From Mobula hypostoma (taxonomy: Eukaryota), in NCBI RefSeq assembly GCF_963921235.1, contig NC_086108.1, positions 92,072,001-92,136,000 on the forward strand: a DNA stretch of 64,000 bases, written 5' to 3'. Of the stretch, positions 27,132 to 41,123 are shown piece after piece (position 1 is the stretch's first letter; each line of letters starts with the position of its first letter). The notes below the pieces were generated by a model. It saw nothing but the letters and a program-made list of their open reading frames with translations, did no database searches and had not been told where the DNA came from. Position numbers and translations under genes: made by a program.

Positions 27132-27690
27132 CACACTCAGTGGCCACTTTATTAGGTACCCCCTGTAAAGTGGCCACTGCGTGCAAGTTCATGGTCTTCT
27201 GCTGCTGTAGCCCATCCACCTTCAAGGTTCAACGTCTTATGCATTTATTCAGAGCTGCTCTTCCGAACACCACTGCTATAACATGTGGTTATTTGAGTTA
27301 CGGTCACCTTCCTGTCAGCTTGAACCAGTCTGGCCATTCTCCTCTGACCTCTCTCATTAACAAAGCATTTTCACCCGCAGAACTGCTGGTCACTGGATTT
27401 TCTTTTTTTTCTTTCGCACCACTCTCTGTAACCTCCAAAGATTTGTATGTGAAAATCCCAGGAGATCAACAGTTTCTGAGATACTCAAACCACCCCATAT
27501 GGCACCAACAATCATTCCACATGAAAGTCAAAGTCACTTAGAACACATTTCTTCCCCATTTGGATGTTTGTTCTGAACAGCAGCTGAACATCTTGACCAT
27601 GTCTGCACGCTTTTATGCATTGAGTTGCTGCCACATGATTGGATTTGCATTAACGAGCAGGTGTACCTAATATAGTGGCCACTAAGTCTA
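27132..27690. mobile_element. Non-autonomous Tc1/mariner-type element
   Basis: TIRs CACTCAGTGGCCACTTTATTAGGTAC / GTACCTAATATAGTGGCCACTAAGT; TA flanks. Confidence 0.85.
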
Positions 27691-28076
27691 AATGCTAAGC
27701 TCAAAGTGGCTTTCCGCGCTGCCCTGCTCTTTATGACTGAGCAGGAGTTGATTTCTCAGCTGAAATAGCCAGAGATTACATTATATTACGAGAGTGTATT
27801 TTTAGCTACACGAGAATATTACCCAATCTGCAGTTCACTATCTCAGCTTTTCCTTTCTCCAATTCTGCCACTGCACACCGCTGGGTAGTTGGCCTGTTCC
27901 CACGTCACTAAGAGCATCACTCTGTAACTCTGGAGGAGAGTGATTCCACTCATCAATAGAGGAAGTCAGAAGTGTTTCACCTTTACGAAGGTGTGTACCA
28001 ATGACCACTGCCATTTCTATGGGTTGTGAGCTACATTATAATTTCTATGCGGATTGCACAATCAAGTGACGTCTTC

Positions 28077-28565
28077 ATCATCATCATCATTATGTGGCAT
28101 AGCGTATGACCTGGGTGACCGTGATTGTTCTTGGCAAATTTTTCTGCAGAAGTGGAGCTTAGTAAAATAGAGGGCTATAGGTAAGCCTAGTAATTTCTAA
28201 GGTAGGGACATGTTCGGCACAGCTTTGTGGGTCGAAGGGCCTGTATTGTGCTGTAAGTTTTCTATGTTTCTAAGTGGTTTGCCAATGCCTTCTTCTAGGC
28301 ACTGTCTGTACAGGACGGGTGACCCCAGCCATTATCCATACTCTTCAGAGATTGTCTGCCTGGTAGCAGTGGTCACATAACCAGGACTTGTGATATGCAC
28401 CAATGGTTCATACAACCATCCAGCACCTGCTGCCATGGCTTCACGTGACCCTGAACGAGGGGCTAAGCAGGTGCTACGTCTTGCCCAAGGGCGACCTGCA
28501 GGCTAGAGGAGGGAAACAGCACCTTTCACCTCCTTTGGTAGAGACGTATCTCCACCCCGCTACCT
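28077..28565 (-). mobile_element. Second copy of 546-865 element, with a 116-bp CR1 3' fragment inserted (28156-28271)
   Basis: Sequence similarity; inner TSD AAGTGG (28150-28155/28272-28277); TTTCTATG-type tail. Confidence 0.75.
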
Positions 28566-30649
28566 AAATCAATCAAATAACATTTCCATAAAATAATCGA
28601 AATGCTGGGTAAAAATGGTTAATACAGACATTGTGTTTCAAACGTTTACACAAAAATGACCAGTTAAACTATGTTTAGACAAGACAATTCTTAATAGGGA
28701 GCTTGATGCACACCCGGTAGCACACATCAGGAACCAGCATGTAGTTCCACCATCTTTAATTTTCAACTTGTGGTAATCCTGAAAACCCCTCGTAGATATT
28801 ATTTGAAATATCACATATCAGTTTCTGGTCTGACTGCAAAGGATCATGGCTGCTGATTATCTATCACTCTGCCCAACACCAGCTGACACAATATATTGAA
28901 GATGCTGAAGTCTGGAATCAAACTGGGCTGCTGGGAGAACTGAGTGGGTCAGGCAGCATCTGTGGAGAGAAATGGACAGTCTGCACTTTGGGTCAAGACC
29001 CTTTATTGGGATCTGAAAAGTTGACTGTCCTAAAGGCAAAATACTGGAGAGACGGGAATGATGAATTGTGGGTAATTTGCAACCTGCCTGGATATATCTT
29101 TAGATTTTAAACTGGTGCCAGCTTGCAGTTGGAATATCAGATACCATTTACTGGTCTGACTCTAAAGGATTAATTCCATCCTAATTTTTTTATCGTTGCA
29201 ATGTGGGCAGTTACACTTGATTGTAACTAAAACCAACTCAAACATTCTCTGCTGGAATCAGAGGAAGAATAAGTATAAGCATGTGCCAGATGCAAGATGA
29301 GATATCCCACTGAGTGGCCATTGGTACTCGGGAATCAAGGTTGCCTACCTGATCAAAATTCTGTTGGTGGGGCCCAAACATCCAGCTGTCAATGCCTCCT
29401 TGCTTGGAAGTTCTCAACAAAATGCTGAACAGAACCTCCAGCTTTGGGGCTCCCTTAAGCTTACTTGCGGGGTAATGAGGCAGTCCCAAGAAGTGAACCG
29501 GTGAAATGAGGCTACTGCATTTTTCTGCGGCCATCCTCTGCTGTTTCCTGTGAAGCACCCTCTCCCCTCATCCAAACACCCACACAACTTCAGAAATAAA
29601 ATTTTGAAATCACAAAAAATAACCTGAATTTATATATTAAATAGCTTCCACTGAATTAGAGCACAGTGGCATTTCTATGGCAACATGCCCTTTCAATACA
29701 ATACAATGCAATAAAATACATTCCGCTCATAACAAGTTCCTTGATTTACTTGACTTTTGATTGTACTCCTTTCATTCTTGACTATAAATCTTGATCTCGA
29801 CCTTTTACCATGATTATGTAAATGCCAAAAAGAAAGGATGTGTTGATTTACGTGTTTTAATTCCTCCATTTTACTCTAATTTATTTATTTATTTAACGAT
29901 ACAGTCGAGAATAGGCCCTTCCAACCCAATGGACTGTGCCACCAGCAACGTTCCTATTTAACTCAAGCCTAATCACAGGATAATTTACAATGACCAATTA
30001 ACCTACTAAACTTTGGACTTTGGACTGTGTGAGGAAACCCACACTATCATTGGGAGAACGTACAAACACCTTACAGACGGTGCCAAAATTGAACTCCTCA
30101 CTCTGCCACCTTGAGCTGCAACAGTGTCACCCTAAACACTACCTTACACTACACTGAGCTTTATCTATACAGACAATTGCAAAATTTGGAGAGTTGGGTA
30201 TAGTATCAAAAGAACCTTATCTCTCTTCCACTGCCCTCCTAATCAAGAATTACATCTCTTCCCATTAACCTAGAAACTGTGAATCTCAACAAAAACCTGG
30301 GAATGGGAACAAGGATCTGGAAAAGCATATCCCTTTTAGGAATAAGACAGGGGAGTTTCAGTCATCCTAAGTTAAACTTAACTGTTAAAGAAAGTTAACG
30401 GAGTAAACTTAATATATACCACCAGAACTCATTCAAATCATCTCAAAGCATTTTATGTTTATTTGATAGAAGTATCCACATTAAAAGCCAAGACAATTTT
30501 AATCTTTAAAGAAATCACCCAGATTTAAGGTTTTTCTTGAATTGTGCAATTGTGCTTCTCAAGGTTTGATTAGGAAATGGAAAATATCAAGATCTAGACT
30601 GGATTCAGGTGGATAAGGACTGACAATGAAAGCTGCCATATAAAAGGAC

Positions 30650-33500
30650 CTAAAACAAGAGAAAATCTTGCTGGAAATCTGAGCAACGTACTCAAAATGC
30701 TGGAGGAACTCAGCAGGCCAGGCAGCATTTATGTAAAAAAGTACAGGCGACGATTCAGCCAAAACCCTTTGGCAGGGCTGGAGAAAAAAAAGATGAGGGG
30801 TAGAGTGAAAAGATGGGGGAAAGGGAGAGAGAAACACAAAGTGATAGGTGAAACTTGGAGGGGGAGAGATGAAGTAAGTTTCTTGGAAGTTGATTGGTGA
30901 AAAAGATACAGGGCTGGAGAAAGGGAATCTAAAAGGAGAAGACAAGCCTATGGAAGAAAGAAAAGAGGTGATGAACACTAGAGGGAGGTGATGAGCAGGC
31001 AAGGAGATGAGGTGAGAGAGGGAAAAGGGAATGGGGAATAGTGAAGGGAGTGGGCGCTTCGGGAAATTTGAGACATCAATGTTCACGCCATCAGGTTGGA
31101 GGCTACCCAGACAGAATATAAGGTGTTGGTCTTCCAACCTGAGTGTGGCCTCATCACGACAGTAGAGGAGGCCATGGATCGACATAACAGAATGGGAATG
31201 GGAAGTGGAATTAAAATGGGTGGGCACTGGAGGATCCAGCTCTTAGAAACATAGAAACATAGAAAATAGGTGCAAGAGTAGGCCATTCGGCCCTTCGAGC
31301 CTGCACCGCCATTTATTATGATCATGGCTGATCATCCAACTCAGAACCCTGCACCAGCCTTCCCTCCATACCCCCTGATCCCCCTAGCCACAAGGGCCAT
31401 ATCTAACTCCCTCTTAAATATAGCCAATGAACTGGCCTCAACTGTTTCCTGTGGCAGAGAATTCCACAGATTCACCACTCTCTGTGTGAAGAAGTTTTTC
31501 CTAATCTCAGTCCTAAAAGGCTTCGCCTTTATCCTCAAACTGTGACCCCTCGTACTGGACTTCCCCAACATTGGGAACAATCTTCCTGCATCTAGCCTGT
31601 CCAATCCCTTTAGGATTTTATACGTTTCAATCAGATTCCCCCTCAATCTTCTGAATTCCAACGAGTACAAGCCCAGTTCATCCAGTCTTTCTTCATATGA
31701 AAGTCCTGCCATCCCAGGAATCAATCTGGTGAACCTTCTTTGTACTCCCTCTATGGCAAGGATGTCTTTCCTCAGATTAGGGGACCAAAACTGCACACAA
31801 TACTCCAGGTGTGGTCTCACCAAGGCCTTGTACAACTGCAGTAGTACCTCCCTGCTCCTGTACTCAAATCCTCTCGCTATAAATGCCAGCATACCATTCA
31901 CCTTTTTCACCACCTGCTGTACCTGCATGCCCACTTTCAATGACTGGTGTATAATGACACCCAGGTCTCGTTGCACCTCCCCTTTTCCTAATCGGCCACC
32001 ATTCAGATAACAATCTGTTTTCCTATTTTTGCCACCAAAGTGGATAACTTCACATTTATCCACATTAAATTGCATTTGCCATGAATTTGCCCACTCACCC
32101 AACCTATCCAAGTCACCCTGCATCCTCTTAGCATCCTCCTCACAGCTAACACTGCTGCCCAGCTTCGTGTCATCCGCAAACTTGGAGATGCTGCATTTAA
32201 TTCCCTCATCCAAGTCATTATCCCAGCACTGAGCCTTGCGGTACCCCACTAGTCACTGCCTGCCATTCTGAAAAGGTCCCGTTTATTCCCACTCTTTGCT
32301 TCCTGTCTGCTAACCAATTCTCTATCCACATCAATACCTTACCCCCAATACCGTGTGCTTTAAGTTTGCACACTAATCTCCTGTGTGGGACCTTGTCAAA
32401 AGCCTTTTGAAAATCCAAATATACCACATCCACTGGTGCTCCCCTATCCACTCTACTAGTTACATCCTCAAAAAATTCTAGGAGATTCATCAGACATGAT
32501 TTTCCTTTCACAAATCCATGCTGACTTTGTCCGATGATTTCACCGCTTTCCAAATGTGCTGTTATCACATCTTTGATAACTGACTCCAGCAGTTTCCCCA
32601 CCACCGACGTTAGGCTAACTGGTCTATAATTCCCCGGTTTCTCTCTCCCTCCTTTTTTAAAAAGTGGGGTTACATTAGCCACCCTCCAATCCTCAGGAAC
32701 TAGTCCAGAATCTAACGAGTTTTGAAAAATTATCACTAATGCATCCACTATTTCTTGGGCTACTTCCTTAAGCACTCTAGGCTGCAGACCATCTGGCCCT
32801 GGGGATTTATCTGCCTTTAATCCCTTCAATTTACCTAACACCACTTCCCTACTAACATGTATTTCGCTCAGTTCCTCCATCTCACTGGACCCTCTGTCCC
32901 CTACTATTTCTGGAAGATTATTTATGTCCTCCTTAGTGAAGACAGAACCAAAGTAATTATTCAATTGGTCTGCCATGTCCTTGCTCCCCATAATCAATTC
33001 ACCTGTTTCTGTCTGCAGGGGACCTACATTTGTCTTTACCAGTCTTTTCCTTTTTACATATCTATAAAAGCTTTTACAGTCAGTTTTTATGTTCCCTGCC
33101 AGTTTTCTCTCATAATCTTTTTTCCCCTTCCTAAGTAAGCCCTTTGTCCTCCTCTGCTGAACTCTGAATTTCTCCCAGTCCTCAGGTGAGCCACTTTTTC
33201 TGGCTAATTTGTATGCTTCTTCTTTGGAATTGATACTATCCCTAATTTCTCTTGTCAGCCACAATCTCTCTTCTGTCAGACAGAGCATAGGTGCTTAGCA
33301 AAGCGGTCCTCCAATCCACCTTGGGTCCCTCCGATGTACAGCAGGCCACACCAGGAGCACCAGACACAGCAGATGACACCAACAGACTCTCAGGTGAAGT
33401 GTCGCCTCTCCTGGAAGGACTGTTTGGGGCCCTGAATCGTAGTGAAGTAGGAAGTGTAGGGGCAGGTGTAACACGTGTTCTGCTTGCTGCAGGGATCACT
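30650..33500 (-). mobile_element. Penelope-like element split by a CR1 insertion
   Basis: HFNSTSHSHS..SIHGLLYC.DEATLRLE on left part; QGPKQSFQ remnant on right part (33270-33500). Confidence 0.85.
31245..33262 (-). mobile_element. Young CR1 LINE, 5'-truncated, 23-nt deletion in RT
   Basis: ORFs 32218-33288 and 31341-32249 carry RT motifs; TTTCTATG tail; candidate TSD CTCTT; nearly identical to 59701-61739. Confidence 0.97.
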
Positions 33501-35159
33501 CCCTACTTGACTCTCTTGTCCATTTGTCCGTCCCCACTGACCTCCCTCCTGGCACCTCCTTGCAAGTCATGTTGAATACTCATAACACCCGTTCAGCCAC
33601 AGAGAAGTATTATGTTCAGTTCAGAGTTTAGGGAAAATGTGATGACTAGAGGGTCTAGAATGGTTCCAGTAATGAGGTACTTTAGTTAAATGGTTTGATT
33701 TGAGAAACTGGCTGAAGAAATTTCAACTTCACATTCCAGGTTTGTGACCTCTTCTTGCTTCAGCCTTATATTTCACTAAAGACATTGTTTTAATATTTTC
33801 TCCTGTGACTATTTGCCTCAAACATTCTGTGACAGAAGGTCAAATTTTTCTGATATTGTGATGCACATTACTCATTTCTGATTTACAATTTGGAGGAACA
33901 GATTTCAAAGACCATTATAACTTGCAACACTTTCTCTGTCTATCGTGTTCTCTGCCTGGCAAACATGAAGTTCTGACACTAGAGAGATTCCCAGCATTGT
34001 ACTAGGCGGTGAGTACATGATATTGGTTTAGATTACGTTAGATTAGTCACATGTACATCGAAACAGTCAATGACCAATGCAGACCGAGGCCTGTGCAGTG
34101 GTGCATCCGCGAGTCACCACATTTCCAATGCCAGCATAGCATGTCCACAATTTACTAATCCTAACTACACATCTCTGGAATGTGGAAGGAATCCAGAGCA
34201 CTCACAGGAAACCCACATGGTCACATGGAGAATGTGCAAACTCTTTCCTGGCAGCACTCTTAAACACCGATCAGTGATCCCAGGCACTTTAATAGTGTGA
34301 AACTAACTGATACATTAGCATGTTGTCCTATTGCTAGACTATTGGGGACCCCGCAAGTGCCTAGTTAGACCAACATATTTATGTGGTAATTAAGTATTTT
34401 CTTCTGATTGCACATATGTTTCCATACCCTGTTGCCTGTTTAAAAGGCAACAAGATATAAAAACAAAGTCTTTCATTTATTCGTATCCTCAGCAAGACCA
34501 TTCCAAGTTGTTTCTGAAAAGATGGCAGTGAGTGAACTTTCTTCCTGATCTGCTGTGGCTCGTCTGATGAAGTTATTCTCATAGTGCTGTTGAACAGGAA
34601 GTTCCAAGATTTCTACCCAGTGGAGATGAAGGAACAGAGATATCTTTTCAAGTCAAGTACAAGTTATTGCTGTTGTCGGCACATGGAGATAGGGCATAAA
34701 CGGCAAGAGTATCAGCTTTTTGCAGGGACGGCACAGTGCGTTTCAAGCTGAGGACAAACAGAAGTTAACACAAACAGAAATTATACATAAAGTACACAAT
34801 AACAATGGCGCTATCTCAAGATTGAGAGAGAGAAAATAGACATAGTCCAAGGAGAGCAACATGCATCTGGGAGTTTTGCTAACTTATTGTTGCCTCAGTA
34901 GCAGAAGTCTCAGATTTGGAAAGTATTAATGGGTGATTGATGTTTGGCACAGATGATGTGGGGTAAAGGGCCCATTTCCATGACCTATCTCTCTATAACT
35001 GTATCATCAGAGTAGACCAGGAGAGTGACTACTGTCTTTTTTCCAGATGGCAGTGGAGGGAATGCATGTTTTAAGTGGCTGATGACATGGCGGTCGATTG
35101 AAATGCTTTGTCCTGGATAGTGTAGATCTTGCTTTCATTATTAAAGTACTTTTAAAATG

Positions 35160-36010
35160 TGATGAAGGGTTCTGCATTGCCCATCCTTCTGACTATTGAG
35201 CTCCAGATTCTAACCACATTCTGAGGAAAACATTTTTGTCACATCTCCCCTTTAATTCTAACACTGACTTTAAGTCTATTCTCCTAGATTTTTGACCTGT
35301 CCTCCAAGGAAAGTAGGTACTACCCATTTTGTTTGTACATATTAATTAAGTCTACACTGCAAATGTTTCTCTATTGCAAAATTCCCAAATTATCCACCTT
35401 TCCCGATGGGTTAGAATGTTCTAGCAATATTCCTGTAAGTCTATCCTGCACCCTTTCCAGTTCAGTCATATCTTTCCTGTAATGTGATAATGAGAACTGA
35501 GCTCAGTGGCAGACCACTTAATTAGTAATCTTAATAGTGTTAATTGCTCCAGCTTAATCTTTAATATTCCATACCTCGGCACATAACCACCTTACTGGCC
35601 TGATCTACTACCTTTTAGTGCCTATGGACACACACTGAGAGGTCTCTCAATTCCACCACACTATTCTGCTTTTTTTTATAAACTCCTTTACCTTGTTGCA
35701 TCTGTTTCAATACATTACTTCACTCATCTCTGCCTAAAATCCCATGTGTTTGAGTGACTACTTATCTACACCCTCCCAAAGTGTAAAGCTTTTCTCCCCA
35801 CTCTCAGCCTCATGACCTATTTCAGTAACGTGTGAATGTTTTTATCATGCCTCCTATATTTAGGCCAATATAATTTAATATATATTACAAAAAGCAGGAA
35901 CTGAGTATTTAGTTGATGGTTTTCATTGGTAATAACCTTCCAGTCCCCCAAAAAAAACCATTAACCCTTATCCTTTGCTTTCCACCACTGAGACAATTTT
36001 AGATTCGTGT
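35160..36010 (-). mobile_element. Ancient CR1 remnant
   Basis: Highly decayed similarity to the RT and 3' region of CR1 copies in this window. Confidence 0.55.
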
Positions 36011-36240
36011 TGCAGGTTCGAAGTTCAAAGCGAAGTTATTATCAAAGTTCATATATGTCACAATATACAACCCTGACATTCATTTTCTTGTGGGCAATCA
36101 CAGTAAATACAAGGCGCCCATAGAATCAATGAAGGACTGCAAAGGATGGACAACAGCCAATGTGCAAAAAAAAAACAGACAGTGCAAATACAAACAGAAA
36201 AAAACCTAAGAGGAATAATTAAAATTATAAAAACAATAAT

Positions 36241-37083
36241 GGAAGAGCATGACCCTCCATGGAAGATATCCCCAGGATCTGAGCAGACGAGAAAGTGTCG
36301 AATGCCTGGCTCAGACTTGAACACCACTTCCCAGAAAGAGAGGGATTACTTGTGGCAATACTGGACCAGGTGGTTAACACAAAAATTATCAAAACTGCAT
36401 AATAAAAGACCAACAAACTCAATATAATAATTACAGAAAATGATAAGAGAAACCAGAGACAATCCAACACTTTACAGGATCCTGCAGCAGTTTAACTCAA
36501 TCTGATTACTTACACAGGCACAATCAAGTGGCAAACATCATTCAGCAAAATCTTGCTTTAAAATACAAACTCTTAAAAAGCACCATACCTTTCTATAAAT
36601 ACAAACTTAATCTAGTTTTAGAGTCTGAGTCCCACAAGTTATATTATGACCGATTGTTATTACAGAAAGGACAATCCATAATAACCATCCAGATATAATA
36701 ATACAGGACAAACAAGCAAGAACAACATACTTAATAGATATAGCCTTTCCAAAGACATACGACATACAGAAATAAATAAGAGAAAAACACCAGAAATATA
36801 CTGAATTAAAAGAGGACATTGAAAGACTATGGAACATGAACAGGGTATACATTGTCCCAACAGTAATATCTGCAACTGGTATCATCCCAAAGTCACTATA
36901 CAATAGCATTAAACAATTAGGGCTACACACCTATATTTATGTAAATCTCCGGAAAGCCTCCATATTAAACACCACAAGAAATAGTCTTCAAGTTTCTAGC
37001 AATTGAGAAATGAGTGTGTTTGGCTATGCCCACACTTCAGGTTTTACCAGCTTAAGATGAGGAAAAATAAAAATAATAATAAT
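36241..37083 (+). mobile_element. R4/Dong-like non-LTR retrotransposon 3' end (restriction-like endonuclease), frameshifted
   Basis: RHNQVANIIQQNLA, ERTIHNNHPDIIIQDK, YLIDIAFP, EKHQKYTELK, RLWNM, VPTVISATGIIP; (AAT)n end. Confidence 0.85.
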
Positions 37084-37394
37084 ACATAAGCAATAAATAG
37101 AGGGCTATGGGTAACCCTAGGTAATTTCTAAAGTACACATTGTTCGGCACAGCTTTGTGGGCCAAATGGCCTGTATTGTGCTGTAGGTTTTTTATGTTTC
37201 TAAATATTAAGAAAATGAGGTGAAGAGTCCCTGAAAGTAGGTTTTGTTCAATGGGAAGCATTCAGTGACGGACGAGTGAGATTAATTGAAGTTATCCCCT
37301 CTGTTTCAACAGCCTGATGGTTGAGGGATAATAATTGTTCCTGAACCTGGTGGTGTGGATGCTGAAGCTCCTGTATCTTCTTCCTAATGGAGAA

Positions 37395-37924
37395 CAAAGA
37401 CGACCCATAAATTACCGATTGTCACTTGCTGGGAAGAGGGCAATAAATGGATGCTGGCCTGGAGCAGAGTCAATAAAGATGTGTTAAAGGTCAATCAGAT
37501 GACCTGCAGCCAATGACTCTGGAATGCAATATTTGAATTACTAAGGAATGAGTATAAAAGTGGACACTTCAGGTGTACTATCAGCGATAACTCTCTCAAG
37601 AGACCCACCGTAGCAAGGAAGAACCACCATGCCAGGGGCTGGGGGAAGAAAGGATCAATCATCTGGCCAATGGAGATCCCCTATTTTGGAGTTATAAATT
37701 GGAAAAGTGGTCAGAGTGAGTATTGGTACAGAAGAAACAGTAGAATTCATGAGCTGAGCTGTCGGCCCAGGGTCAACAGATTGTTTAATATATTGTCTAA
37801 CATATTGTGTGTAGCCCTAATTGTTTAATTGTTGTTTGTACAGAGACAATAAAGTGTGAGCTTCGATTAATTACGAGTTGCGTAGTGAATTTCCTAACCT
37901 AGATCCATTGACGTATGGTTAACA
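37395..37924 (+). mobile_element. Possible partial LTR
   Basis: TATAAAA (~37553), AATAAA (~37848), ends TTAACA; no 5' TG or TSD found. Confidence 0.35.
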
Positions 37925-38305
37925 AGGGTTCACAGTTTTCTTTGCTTTGTGATTGTCTGTGGGAAGACAAATCTCAGGACTGTATACTACATACATACTT
38001 TGGTGATAAGTGACTTGGAATACGTTGCATATACTGCTCTCATCTATCCTCCTATTCCTTCATCAAAGCAGTTGACTATTCCTTAACAAATCCGTGATAT
38101 CCTTGATTATTCTGTGCCTTTCTAGATGCAAGTCAGAATGGACTTTAATAATTTGTCCATCACTAACAGGCATGTGATTACTTAGTGCATTGTTCCCTTC
38201 TTTAATTAACTTTAGCTGTCCTCTGTCGTCACTCCTATAGTCAGGCAAGATCAGAAAATTGTTGCCAAATACCCTTGAATTTCCTCCCTTACATCTTTTA
38301 TCAGC

Positions 38306-39083
38306 TGTGACAACAGACCTAATTATCAGAAGATTGATGCCGATAAGAGGACAATGGGGGGGACATTCAGAAATGTTAATGGGGTCGAGAGAGATTAACA
38401 AAAAGGAGACACAGTTCCGAGTATTGTCAAGACCGGTTGCTTTGAACCTGAACTGTTTGAAGTTTGATGGACAGGCGATACCCCAGCAGGGGGATAAAAG
38501 GGACAGGTTCGCTAAGGCAAGAGACACCATGACACTACGAGGTAACGAGACCCTGGAAGCGGTGTGCCCCCACAAGTTGGTAGGAGTTTTGGAGGTCTGG
38601 TCGCGGAACCCGGTGTGTGTGTCCGCCCTTGCCTGGGTGCCGGGTTCAACGTAGAAGAACGATCGTATCTGGAATGGAGGGGGTCACAGTCGGTGACCTC
38701 AGAAGACATTACAAAGGGCTCGCCTGAAAGCTAACTGCGAGGAATATCGAAGGTCTGTTTGGAATCTGATTTGCATAATCATTCGCTCTCTCTCCCTCCC
38801 CAACGGCACAACAGCGATTACTGCGAACTGAAGTAAATTGAACTGTGTCACTTGAGACTGATCATTTTACCCCTAGACTGCGATAGAGCTTGATTGATCC
38901 TATTATCCTAGTTCTGTGTACATGTGTGTTTTATCATTGCTAACCTGTTGCATTTATATCCTTATGATTAGAGTACTGTGTTGCTTATTTCTTTAATAAA
39001 ACTTTCTTAGTTCCAGTAATCCAGACTCCAACCAAGTGGTCCATTTCTGCTGGTTTGGCAACCCAGTTACGGGGTACGTAACA
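38306..39083 (+). mobile_element. Solo LTR (4-bp TSD; Ty3/Gypsy- or ERV1-type)
   Basis: TGTGAC...GTAACA termini; TSD CAGC (38302-38305/39084-39087); AATAAA at 38995-39000. Confidence 0.88.
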
Positions 39084-41123
39084 CAGCATACAATATATTT
39101 CATCTCAGACTGATTATTTACCCATTTTCAAGGAAGATAAATACCTTGATATTTTCTCTTTTACTGCATTTAATCCATCCAGTATTTCACATCTGCTCAC
39201 CTTAACTACATTGACACCACCTCAGTCTTTTGCGAAGTCAGAGAACGTTACCCACGTGCTCTGCCAAGTGAAGGGTGGCACAATTACCCAGCAGTCATTG
39301 CTGGGGCTGAAAATTTCAGCCCAAGTTCAAGTTCAAATCTGTCTATCAGCAGTTTGGGTGTTCTCCTGAGATGCTTTACTTTCCTCCCACATCACTCAGA
39401 CCCACTGGTACTCTGAATTACCCCTGGCTAGAGAACTAGGGACCACTTGATGAGCACTCAGGAAAGAATATATTACAGGGAAAAAAAATGGGGAATGCAT
39501 TTTTGGTAATACTATGTATGTTGATCAGTTTATGTTTCTCAAACATTGCATAAGTGGGGGAACTGATGAAAGAGGGTTCTTTGTAAAGAGAAGAAAGTCA
39601 TCTGCAAAATTTCCAGCATCTGCAGAATTCCTGTTGTTTATGGTTTATACCTCCTTTATCTGTTATACCCTCAATTTGTTCATTTTGTCTTATTAACTCA
39701 GCCAGTGGTTCAATGCTTAAGGCAAATAATATCGGGGATAGGGTACTCCCCTGTCTGGTTCCCCTTTTGAGCCTGAAGAAATTGGAACAGTATCCATTTA
39801 CTCTAACCATGGAATTGGATCTTTATTCAGTGCCTTCATCCAACTTCGAAAAGTTGCATTAAAACCCATTTTTTCTAAGGTATAGTCTAGGTACAAAATA
39901 TATCCAATCCATGCTATCAATTACCTTCTCGGCATCTCAGCTAGGAAGCATTGAAGGGTGGATGGATCTCTGTGCAAAGACTGGATATTTAAAGCTCTTC
40001 TAACATTGTTTGCTCCCTGGTGGCCTGGAGTAAATCCAGTTTGATCTGGATTAATCAATTTTCCTATATATTTCTGTAGTCACTTTGCTAAAATAGAACT
40101 AAGAATCTTCACATCAGTACCAAGTAGGCCGATTGGTCTATATGAACTACAAGCTATAGGGTCTTTTCCATCCTTGTGGATTACTGATATGATTGCCTCT
40201 GACCAGCTCTCCAGGGGGGGTCATGTTCATTTAGAGCATAATTAAAAACTTTACATAAAACTGGAGTAAGTTCTGTTGTAAATATCTTATAGAACCCACC
40301 TAGAAATCCATCCGTACATGGAAATTTATCATTTTTAAATGTTTTAATAACATCTTTTATTTCTAGTTCTGAGATTGGTTGTGTCAGTGAAACAATCTCA
40401 TTTTCTGAAAGTTTGTTTATACAGATGTCTCTAAAAATTTCATCCAGCTTGCCTTATTTTGTGGTGGATCCGAAGAATCATACAGGTCTTTATAGAAGGC
40501 CCTAAATGCCTCTGCAACATCGTTTGTGTTCGATACCTCAGAGAGAGTTAAAGGATGTCTAATTTTTGGTACAACTCTGTTAGATTGTGCCTTTCTCAAC
40601 TGAAATGCTAACAGACGGCTGGCCCAGTTCCCCATCTCATAATACTTCTGATTTGTGTATCTAAGTGTTCCTTCTGCTTTATATGTGAGCAACTCATTCA
40701 AGGCATCCCTACACTTTTGGAAGTTTTTTCCAATCATCCTTGTTCAGTGTTAATTTGTGCCTTTGTTCTAATCTTTTTACTTCACTTTGTAACTGATTAT
40801 ATTTTTCGTTTTGGTATTTTTTCATTTGAACAGCCAAATCAATACATTTTCCCCTAATCACAGCTTTTGCACCTTCCCACAGTATCAAGGGGGAAACCTC
40901 CCCATTGTCATTTGTCACAAAATATTCGTCAATGCATTGTTTTAGTTGATTATAGGAAGAGGAACGTGGAAATACTGAGCCTCCAATATTTGAAAGGCCG
41001 CTCAGAGTCTACTTCAAAGCCCATGGCTCATATTTAAGAATTGACCTTATTTGCATCCCAGTCTACAACAGGTGAAGGAATGTGTTATTGAACCCATTAC
41101 ATTGTCAGATCATGCTCCTGTTA

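Noticed and set aside
38063..38654. 170-aa and 131-aa ORFs
   Set aside because: Straddle the solo LTR boundary; no gag/env similarity recognised
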